From Squalus acanthias (lineage: Eukaryota), in the NCBI GenBank assembly GCA_030390025.1, contig JASTWF010000034.1:5208001-5272000 (forward strand): 64,000 nt of DNA, written 5' to 3'. The notes beneath the pieces are model-generated. The model was not told where the DNA came from. It made no database searches and worked only from the letters and a program-made list of their open reading frames with translations. The position numbers and the translations under genes are program-made. The stretch's first letter is position 1; the number at the start of each line of letters is the position of its first letter. Below, one piece after another: positions 42,640 through 52,030 of the stretch.

Positions 42640-44305
42640 TCTTTTTTATTCATTCATGGGCTGTGGTCATCGCTGGCACGCCGAGCATTTATTGCCCATC
42701 CCTAGTTGCACTTGAGAAGGTGGTGGTGAACCGCTGCAGTCGGTGATGGAAAGGCGCTCTCACAGTGCTGTTATGGAGGGAGTTGCAGGATTTTAACCCA
42801 GCGACAATGAAGGAATGGTGATAAACTTCCAAGTCAGGATGGTGTGTGACTTGGAGGGGAAGTTACAAGTAATGGTGTTCACATGCTCCTGCTGCCCTTG
42901 TCCTTCTAGGTGGTAGAGGCTGCATGTTTGGGAGGTACTGCCGAAGAAACCTTGGCAAGTTGCTGCAGTGCATCTTGTAGAAGGTACACACTGCAGCCAC
43001 GGTGCGCCGGTGGTGGAGGGAGTGAATGTTTAAGAACATAACATAAGAAATAGGAGCAGGGGCAGGCCTCCTCTGTTCCAAGGAAAACAAACCCAGCTTA
43101 TCCCAGTTAATATTGGGGTAGTTCAAATCTCCTACTATTACTGCCCTATTGTTTTTGCACTTCTCAGAAATGTGTCGACATATTTGCTCTTCCATCTCCC
43201 TCTCACTGTTTGGGGGTCGAGAGTACACTCCCAGCAGTGTGGTCACCCCTTTTTTGTTTTTCCATTCGAGTCATATGGTCTCGTTTGATGATACCTCCAA
43301 CATAACATCTCTCCTCACAGCTGTAATAGGTTCTTTAATCAATACCGCGACCCCCTCCCTTTTTACCACCCTCTCTACCACTTTATGGTGATGGATGGGC
43401 TACCAATCAATGGGCTGCATTGTCCTGGATGATGTCGAGCTTCTTGAGTGTTGTTGGAGCTGCACTCATCCAGACAAGTGGAGAGTATTCCATCACACTC
43501 CTGACTTGTGCCTTGTAGATGGTGGAAAGGATTTGGGGAGTCAGGAGGTGAGACACTCGCCGCAGAATACCTAGCCTTGACCTGCTCTTTTAGCCACAGT
43601 ATTTATGTGGCTGGTCCAGTTAAGGTTCTGGTCAATGGAAACCCCCAGGATACTGATGGTGACGGATTTGGCGATGGTAATCCCATTGAATGTCAAGGGG
43701 AAGTGGCTCTTGTTGGAGATTGACATTACCTGGCACTTGTTTGGTGTGATTATTACTTGCCACTTATCAACCCAAGGCTGAATGTGATCCAGGTCTTGCT
43801 GCATGTGGGCATGGACTGCTTCATTATCTGAGGAGTTGTGAATAGAACTGAATACTGAGCAATCATCAGCGAACATCCCCACTTCTGACCATAGGATGGA
43901 GGGAAGGTCCTTGATGAAATAGCTGAAGATGGTTGGGCCGAGGACACTGCCCTGATGTACTGCTGCAGCGATGTCCTGGGGCTGTGATGATTGACCTCCA
44001 AAAACAACAACCATCTTCCGTTGTGCCGGGTATGACTTGAGCCAGTGGAGAGTTTTCCCCCTGCTTTCCATTGACACAATTTTACTGGGGCTCCTTGATG
44101 CCGCACTCAGTCCAATGCTGCCTTGATGTCAAGGGCAGTCACTATCACCTCACCTCTGGAATTCAGCTCCTTTGTCCATGTTTAGACCAAGGCTGTAATG
44201 AGGTCTGGAGCCGAGTGGTCCTGGCGGAACTCAAACTGGGCATCGGTGAGAAGGTTATTAGTGAGTTATTGCCAAATAATAGCACTGTCGACGGCACCTT
44301 TCATC
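42640..44305 (-). mobile_element. 5'-truncated non-LTR retrotransposon of a second CR1-group family, split by an insertion at ~43033-43380
   Basis: ORF 43571..44077 has RT motifs QGSVLGPTIFS and GMFADD. The C-terminal part IHSLHHRRTVAAVCTFYKMH lies on the other side of the insert. Confidence 0.8.
43033..43380 (-). mobile_element. Internally deleted/mosaic CR1 fragment (endonuclease piece, RT C-terminal piece, 3' tail)
   Basis: ORF 42863..43246 reads GVYSRPPNS...VIVGDLNYPNINWD (APE endonuclease) joined directly to KLGLFSLEQRR (ORF2 C-terminus), then the AGAACATA tail. Confidence 0.75.
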
Positions 44306-44314
44306 AATTTGCTC

Positions 44315-44995
44315 ATTTCACCAGTCTGTCTATGTCCTCCTGAATCCTACCTTATCCCGCTATGTGTGTGTATATATATGTATATATGTCTATATCATTA
44401 ATATGTCAAAAAGAGCAGTGGTCCGAATAGCGACATCTGGAGGATACCACTGTACACTTCCCTCCAGTCTGAACAACAACCGTTCACCACGACTCTCGGT
44501 TTTCTGTCCCTTAGCCAATGTCAGATCCCCACTGCCACTCTCCCTTTGGTCTTATCAAGTCTATTCAATTGTACTGCATCAAATGCATTTTGAATGTCCA
44601 TATACACAACATCAACCACACTACCCTCATCAACCATTTCCGTTACTTCATCAAAGAATTTAATCAAGTTTGTCAGACAAACTTTGCCTTTAATATAGCA
44701 GTGCTGGTTGTCATCTATTAATACACGTTTTTTCCAAAGACAGATACTTTTCTCTGTGAATATGGCCTCTAGAAGTTTCCCCCACCACTGGCGTTAGACT
44801 GACTGGCCTGCAGTTACAGGGTTTATCCCCCTCTCCTTTTTTAAACAGGGTGTAACATTTGCAACCCTCCAGTCCTCTGGCACCACTCCCATATTCGAGG
44901 AGATTGAAATATTCTGGCCAGAGCCTGCGCTATTTCCACCATTCCTTCCCTCAGCAACCCTCATACATCCCATCCGGACTGGGTAAATGTTCTAC
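44315..44995 (-). mobile_element. Old, degraded CR1 RT fragment with an internal (TA)n/(TG)n microsatellite at ~44362-44395
   Basis: Remnants similar to neighbouring CR1s, e.g. ttccccaccactg..gttagactgactggcct and ctccagtcctctggcacc. No intact ORF. Confidence 0.7.
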
Positions 44996-45030
44996 TTTAC
45001 TGTGGTACAAAAAGTGTTGGATTGAAAGGG

Positions 45031-45130
45031 GTTAACTGAAGCTGTTTGTTCAGTGACTGTAATTAATGTCAGTCTCCACGGGTAACTGAAGATGTTTGTT
45101 TAGTGACTGTAATTAATGTCAGTCTCTATG
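45031..45130 (+). repeat. 50-bp tandem duplication (2 copies) upstream of the GPCR exon
   Basis: gttaactgaagctgtttgttcagtgactgtaattaatgtcagtctccacg / ggtaactgaagatgtttgtttagtgactgtaattaatgtcagtctctatg. Confidence 0.9.
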
Positions 45131-45165
45131 GACTCTATTTGTATCAGTGCAGGGTATGCCTCTTC

Positions 45166-45177
45166 TATTAATAAGGG
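45166..45177 (+). promoter_or_regulatory. Possible TATA-like element (TATTAATAAGGG) of the GPCR gene
   Basis: Lies in the only non-TE island, ~140 bp upstream of the first in-frame ATG. Motif match only. Confidence 0.3.
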
Positions 45178-45270
45178 AATCCTTTCAATGTGCTATCCCA
45201 GAGTGTCAGTGAGAGCATCACCTCCGGCACTGACAGCGATCAGCGCGCTGCTCCACAGAGAGGGAGTCGG

Positions 45271-45480
45271 AATCTGAGAACAGTAGATTGGAATGTTACA
45301 ACAATGGCTCAGAATCTGAGAACAGTAGATTGGAATGTTACAACAATGGATCAGAATCTGAGAACAGTAGATTGGAATGCTACAACAATGGGCCGGAATC
45401 TGAGAACAGTAGATTGGAATGTTACAACAATGGATAAGAATCTGAGAACAGTAGATTGGAATGTTACAACAATGGACAGG
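45271..45480 (+). repeat. 42-bp coding minisatellite, 5 copies (NLRTVDWN[V/A]TTMxx)
   Basis: Units start at 45271, 45313, 45355, 45397 and 45439: aatctgagaacagtagattggaatgttacaacaatgg... Confidence 0.97.
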
Positions 45481-45610
45481 AGTTTCAGCTGGCAGTTTGA
45501 CTATCTTTCAGAATATTATGATGATCTACCATTAGACTTTCGGATAGTGTTGGCACTTCGGATTATCCAATACATTTACTATCCCCTTCTTGCTGCTGTT
45601 GGTGTTCCAG
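45304..45610 (+). CDS. First coding exon of a GPR139/GPR142-like class A GPCR (N-terminal ectodomain plus start of TM1); exon 2 not found in window
   Basis: In-frame ATG at 45304 (ACAATGG). Encodes ...IQYIYYPLLAAVGVP, resembling GPR139-family TM1 (human VYYSLLLCLGLP-AN). Followed by donor CAG|GTAAAT at 45610/45611 in phase 1, just before the expected TM1 Asn. The ORF-track start at 45190 is GTG. Confidence 0.72.
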
Positions 45611-45755
45611 GTAAATCTCTCTATCCAGCTATTCACCCTGCAAACCTTTGCTAACTGTATTACTATTCTTCATTCTTTGCTGCTGTTGGTGTCGTTGGTA
45701 AGTCTCTATATCCAGAAATTGGGTCTGTAAACCACGTTTCACTGTATTACTGTTT
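45575..45755 (+). repeat. Diverged 87-bp tandem duplication spanning the exon-1 splice donor
   Basis: tgctgctgttggtgttccag|gtaaatctctctatccag (donor 45611) vs tgctgctgttggtgtcgttg|gtaagtctctatatccag (donor 45698). actgtattac occurs at 45654 and 45741. Confidence 0.85.
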
Positions 45756-45764
45756 GTCATTTAA

Positions 45765-46250
45765 ATCGTGGGAAGAGCGAAGCCATTGTCTTCGGTCCTC
45801 GTCACAAACTCCATTCTCTATCTACCGATTCAGGCCCCCTCCCTGGTCAATGTCTGAGGCTGAATCAGGCTGTTTGCAACCTCTGCGATCTCTTTGTCCC
45901 TGAGCTGAGTTCCGAACACATATCTTCTGAATCACCATTCCTGCCGAATACCACCCCCAAAATTTCACCCATCTCCGCTCCACCTCAGCCCTTCTGCTGA
46001 ATAAACCCTCATCCGTACCTTTGTTAAATCCAGACTCGACTATTCCAATGCTCCCCTGGCCAGCCTCCCAGTAACATACCTCCATAAACTAGTGCTCATC
46101 TTATACTCTGCTGCCCATATCCTAACACACATCATGTCCCGTTCACCCATCACCCCTGTGCTCACTGACCAACATTGGCTGCCGATCCGGCAACAACTCG
46201 ATTTAAATATTCTTCTCCTCATGTTCAAATCCCACCATGGCCTCACCCCT
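45765..46250 (+). mobile_element. Degraded L2-clade LINE ORF2 C-terminal fragment
   Basis: SAAHILTHIMSRSPITPVLTDQHWLPIRQQLDLNILLLMFKSHHGL matches the L2 'ITPVL..LHWLP' motif. SRLDYSNA is encoded at ~46029-46052. Confidence 0.85.
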
Positions 46251-46339
46251 ACAATTAGTCCCATTCCCTTGCTCTTTTCCCATAGTCCTGCAAATTGTTC
46301 CCCTTCAGGTATTTATCCAATTCCCCTTTTAAAGTTAAT

Positions 46340-46456
46340 TTATTTCCCTCTGTACCTCTCCCTGTCTTTCAGTCTGTATTTTTATTTCTCTCTTTCTCCC
46401 TTTCTCTCACTCCCCCTCTTCTCTCTCCCTCTTCTCTCTCCCTCTCTGTCTCTTGC
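46340..46456. repeat. CT-rich low-complexity tract
   Basis: Polypyrimidine ctct/cttct run. Confidence 0.8.
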
Positions 46457-46825
46457 TCATAGAATCATAGAACGGTACATCACAGACGGAGGGCATTCGG
46501 CCCATCGTGTCCATGCCGTCTCTTTGAAAGAGTTATTTATTCAGTCCTACTCTTTAATCAGAGCCCCATAGAACATGCCCCTTCATCTAATTACCCCATT
46601 CCCTTTCGAAATTTACTATTGAATCTGCTTCCACCACGTTCTCAGTCAGTGCATTCTAGATCAAAACTCACTGCGTAAAGAAAATTCTCATCTCTCCTCT
46701 GGTTCTTTTGTCAATTTCTTTAAATTTGTTTCCTCTGATTACCCACCATTCTGCCTCTGGAAACCGACTTACTTAATCTATCAAAACCCATTACAATCTG
46801 GAATATCTATACTAAATCTCCCCTG

Positions 46826-49610
46826 ATGGAAAAGGACAAAGAAAGACCAGGTTTAAAAGATTTCAATTGGGGAAAGGCCAAATTTACTCAGCTGAGATGT
46901 GATTTAGGAAAAGTGGACTGGAAACAGATTCTTAATTGGAAATCAGTGCAGAGCCGTGGGAAGCATTCAACGAGGAGATAGTGAGGGCTCAGAGCAAATA
47001 TATTCACAAAATGATAAAGGATGAGACTTCCAAATCTAGAGTCCCCTAGTTGTCAAGGGGAATACAGGGTAGGATAAGGGAACAAAAAGGGAAGCTTTTC
47101 TCAGATACTGAGAGCTCAATACTACAGAAATCCTAGAGGGGTATAGAAATTGCAGGGGTGAAATTAAAAAGTAAATTAGGAAAGCAAAAAGATGGCATCA
47201 AAAAATATTGGCAAGTAAAATCAAGGAAAACCCAAAGATATTTTATACATACATCAAGAGCAAGAGGATAACTAAGGAAAGAGTCTGGCCTATTATAGAC
47301 CAAAAAGTTAATCTGTGTGTAGAGGCGGAAGACGTGGATATGGTTCTGAATAAATACTTTGTGACTGTCTTCACAGAAGAGTGAGACGATGCAGACATTG
47401 TCGTTAAGGAGGAGGAGTGTGAAATATTAGATGAGACAAACATAGTGAGAGAAGAAACATTAAGGGGTTCAGCATCTTTGAAAGTAGATAGATCACGAGG
47501 CTCGGATGAAATGTATCCCAGGCTTTTAGGAGAGGCAAAGGAGGAAATAGCGGAGGCTCAGACCATCATTTTCCAATCCTCTCTGGCTACATGCGTGATG
47601 CCAGAGGACTGGAGGACTGCTAACGTTGTACCATTGCTTAAAAAGGGAGAAAGGGATAGACCGAGTAATTACTGGGCAGTCAGTCTAAGCTTGGTGGTGG
47701 AATAAAATATTGAAAGATTCTGAGGGGCAGTATTAATCGGCATTTAGAAAGGCACAGATTAATCAAGGACAGTCAGCATGGTAATGTTAAGGAAGGTCGT
47801 GTCTAACTAACTTGATTGAATTTTTTGAGGAGTTAATGAGGAGGGTCGATGAGGGGAGTGCATTTGATGTAGTCCACGTAGATATTAGTAAGGCCTTTGA
47901 CAAGGTCCCACATGACAGGTTGGTCATTGGATCCAAGGGAAAGTGGCAAGTTGGATCCAACATTGCTTCAGTGGCAGGAAGCAAAGGTCGTAATGGTCAA
48001 CGGGTGTTCTTTGTGACTGGAAGGTTGTTTCCAGTGGGGTTCCACAGGGCTCAGTACTAGGTCCCCTGCTATTTGTGGTATATATCAATGATTTAGACTT
48101 CAGTATTGGGGACATGATGAAGAAGTTTGCACATGATACAAAAATTGGCCGTGTGGTTGATAGTGAGGTAGAAAGCTGTAGACTGGCAGAAGATATCAAT
48201 GGACTGGTCCGGTGGGCAGAACAGTGGCAAATGGACTTCATTTCGGAGAAGTGTGAGGTAATGCATTTGTAGCGGGCTAAAAAAAAAGGAATACACAATA
48301 AATGGTAGGATACTGAGAGGTGCTGTGGAACAGAAGGACCTTGGAGTACATTTCCACATATCTCTAAAACTATCAGGACATGCAGACAGGGTAGTTAAAA
48401 AGGCATGTGGGATAAGAACATAAGAACATAAGAAATAGGAGCAGGAGTAAGCCAATCGGCCCCTCGAGCCTGCTCCGCCATTCAATAAGATCATGGCTGA
48501 TCTGATCCTAACCTCAAATCTAAAGAACACAAGAAGGAGGAGCAGGACCCGGCCACTCAGCCCCTGGGCCCGCTCCGACACCCACAGGGCCTTGACCGAT
48601 ACGAACTCAGCCTCATGTTCAATTTCCTTCCCGCTCCCCGTAATCCCTAATTCCCTTTACTTCTAGGAAACTGTCTATTTCTGTTTTAAATTTATTTAAT
48701 GATGTAGCTTCCACAGCTTCCTGGGGCAGCTCATTCCACAGACCTACTACCCTCTGAGTGAAGAAGTTTCTCCTCATCTCAGTTTTGAAACAGCAGCCCC
48801 TTATTCTAAGATTATGCCCCTAGTTCTAGTTTCACCCATCCTTGGGAACATCCTTAACGCATCCACCCGATCAAGCCCCTTCACAATCTTATATGTTTCA
48901 ATAAGATCGCCTCTCATTCTTCTGAACTCCAATGAGTACAGTCCCAATCTACACAACCTCTCCTCATATTTCCACCCTTGTCCACCAATACGTTGCTTTC
49001 TTAGCCGAAGCATAGAATATAAAAGCAGGGAGTTTATGCTGGAACTGTATAAAACACCAATTAGGCCACAGCTGGAATACTGCGTACAATTTTGGTCAAA
49101 ACATTACAGGAAATATGTGATTGCAGTCGAGCCGTTATAGAGGAGATTTACGTGCATGTTGCCAAGACTGGAGAATAGCCTGGGGTTCTTTACATTGGAA
49201 CAGAGGAGGCTGAGTGGAGATTTAATTGAGGTGTATAAAATTATGAGGGGCGTAGATAGAGTGGATTGCAAGCACCTATTTCCCCTGGCAGAGTGGTCAA
49301 TAACCAAGGATCATAGATTTAAAGTAATTGGTAGAAGGATTAGACGGGAGATGAGGAGAATTTGTTTCACCGAGAGGGCGGTGCGGGTCTGAAACTGAAG
49401 GCCTGAAAGGGTGGTGGAGGCAGAATCCCTCAGCACGTTTAAAGCGTACTTGGATATGCACTTGAAGTGCCATAACCTACAGGGCTACGGACCAAGAGCT
49501 GGAAAGTGGGATTAAGCTGGAAAGCTCTCTTTCGACCGGCGCAGATGCAATGGGCCGAATGGCCTCCTTCTGTGCCGTAAATTTCTATGATTCTACAATT
49601 CTGTGATTCT
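46826..49610 (+). mobile_element. 5'-truncated CR1 'B' (EN-RT linker, RT, 3' UTR), disabled, split by CR1 'C'
   Basis: ORFs with PEDWRTANVVPL, KAFDKVPH, YINDLD..KFAHDTK, RPQLEYCVQFW, LEQRRLSGDLIEVYK. Tail ctatgattct at ~49585-49610. Confidence 0.9.
48413..48987 (-). mobile_element. Short CR1 'C' 3' fragment with duplicated 3' UTR, inserted in CR1 'B'
   Basis: (AGAACATA)n tail at 48413. ORF 48801..49013 contains LGLYSLEFRRMRGDLIETYK. Host ...ggcatgtgggata resumes as ata-cgttgctttcttagccga at ~48988. Confidence 0.88.
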
Positions 49611-52030
49611 CAACCTTCGCTGCTCTAAAAAGAACAATCCCAGCTTCTCCTGACTCTCCACGTAACTGAAGATCCAGATCCATGGTACCATTCTGGTAAA
49701 TCTCCTCTACACCTTCTCTAATCCTTGACATGCTTGCCAAAGTGTGGTGCTCAGAATTGGACACAATACTCCAGCTGGGGTCTAACCAATGCTTTTTAAA
49801 AGGTTAACATTTCTACCTGGATTGTGTTACTCTGTTTCTCTGTTTGTAAAGCCAAGGACTCCGTATGCTTTATTAACAGACATCGCTGTCCTGTCAACTT
49901 CAAAGATTTGTGTAAGTGCACACCAGGTCTCTCTGATCGTGCACCTGCTTTGAAATTGTACCGTTTAGTTGATATTGCCTCTGTTCATGCTTCCTACCAA
50001 CATGTATGACTTCACTCTTCTCTGTGTTAAATTGTATCTGCCATGTGTCTGCCGATTTCACCAGTCTGTCTGCGTCCTCCTGAGGTCTGTTACTATCATT
50101 CTCACTGTTTATTAACATTTCCGAGTTTTGTCATTTTCAAACTTTGAAATCATGCGCTGTCATAGAGTCATCGATAGTCATAGTTATACAGCACAGAAAG
50201 AGGCCCTTCGGCCCATTGTGTCCGCGCCGGCCATCAAGCCCTATCTATTCTAATCCCATTTCCAGTACTTGGTCCGTAGCCTTGTATGCTATGGTGTTTC
50301 AATTGCTCATCTAAATGCTTCTTGAATGTTGTGAGGGTTCCTGCCTCCACCACCGTTTTAGGCAGTGAGCTCCAGATTCCAACCACCCTCTGGGTGAAAA
50401 AGTTTTTCCTCAAATTCTCTCTAAACCTCCTGCCCCTTACCTTGAAACTATGCCCCCTAGTTATTGACCCCTCTACTAAGGGGAAAAGTTCCTTTCTAAC
50501 TAATCTATCTATGCCCCTCATAATTTTGTACACCTCAATCAGGTCCCCCCTCAGCCTTCTCTGCTTTAAGGAAAACAACCCCAGCCTGTCCAGTCTCTCT
50601 TCATAGCTGAAGCGCTCCAGCCCAGGTAACATCCTGGTGAATCTCTGCACCCTCTCCAATGCAATCACATCCTTCCTACAGTGTGGCGAGCAGAACTGCA
50701 CACAGTATTCCAGCTGTGGCCTAACTAGCATTTTGTACATCTCCATCATAACCTCCCTGCTCTTATATTCTTTGCCTCGGCTAATGAAGGCAAGTATCCA
50801 ATATGCCTTTTTAACCATCTTATCTACCTGTCTAGCTGACTTCAGGGCTGTATGTACCTGCACATAAAGGTCCCTCTGATCCTCTGTCCTTCCTAGGGTC
50901 CGACCATTCATTGTGTATTCCCTTGCCTTGTTAGTCCTCCCAAAATGCATCACCTCACACTTTTCAAGATTAAATTCCATTTGCCACTCTTCTGCCCATC
51001 TAACCAACCCGTCTATATCGTCCTGTAGCCTAAGGCTTCCCTCCTCGCTATTTACCACCCCACCAATTTTCGTGGCATCTGCGAACTTACTGATCATACC
51101 TCCTACATTCATATCTAAATCATTAATGTACACTACAAACAGCAAAGGACCCAGCACCGATCCCTGCAGTGCACCACTGGACACAGGCTTCCAGTCAAAA
51201 AAACAAACTTCGACCATCACCCTCTGCCTCCTGCCACGAAACCAATTTTGGATCCAATGTGCCAAATTGCCCTGGATCCCATGGTCTCTTACCTTCTTGA
51301 CCAGTCTCCCATGTGGGACGTTGTCAAAAGCCTTACTAAAGTCCATGTAGACTGCATCAACTGCACTACCTTCATCCACAAACCTAGTCACCCCCTCAAA
51401 AAATTCAAACAATGTTGTTAGAAATTATCTCTCCCTTAAAAAGCCATGCTGACTATCCCTGATTAATCCGTGCCCTTCCAAGTGTAGACTAATTCTGTCC
51501 CTCAGAATTTTTTCCAATAATTTCCCTACCACTGATGTTAGGCTCACTGGCCTGTAATTCCCTGGTTTATCCCTACTAACCTTCTTGAATAATGGTACTA
51601 TGTTAGCTGTTCTCCAGTCCTCTGGCACCTCCCCTCTGACCAGAGAGGCTCAGAAAATTTGTGTCAGAGCTCCTGTAATCTGCTCCCTTGCCTCACACTG
51701 CAGCCTAGGATACATCTCATCTGGGCCTGGGGATTTATCTACTTTTTAGCCCGCTAAAACCGCTAGTACCTCCTCCTTCTCAATGCTAATTTGTTCAAGT
51801 ATATCACAATCGCCCTGCCTGATTTCTATGCCTCCATCGTCCTTCTCAATAGTGAACACAGATGCAAAATATTCATTTAAAACCTCACCCACATCTTCCG
51901 ACTCTACACACAGATTACCACTTTGGCCCCTAATACATAAGAACATAAGAAGTAGGAGCAGGAGTAGGCCATATGGCCCCTCGGGCCTGCTCCATCATTC
52001 AATGGGATCATGGCTGATCCGAACCTGGAC

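Larger units (their letters stand above)
46457..50160 (-). mobile_element. Old CR1 'A' (3' part 46457-~46825, continuation ~49611-50160), split by CR1 'B'
   Basis: CATAGAATCATAGAA tail at ~46458. ...aaatctcccct (46824) joins caaccttcgctgctctaaaaagaacaatcccagc (49611), as in the contiguous CR1 C-terminal region. ORF 49900..50118 has RT-like WQIQFNTEKSEVIH. Confidence 0.75.

Noticed and set aside
45190..45654. 154-aa single-exon protein as given in the ORF track
   Set aside because: It starts at GTG and reads through the splice donor at 45611. It is better explained as GPCR exon 1 starting at ATG 45304.
45716..45735. AAATTGGGTCTGTAAACCAC resembles the satellite start (16/20), suggesting the satellite derives from the GPCR intron
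   Set aside because: Short AT-rich match with no flanking similarity; likely chance.
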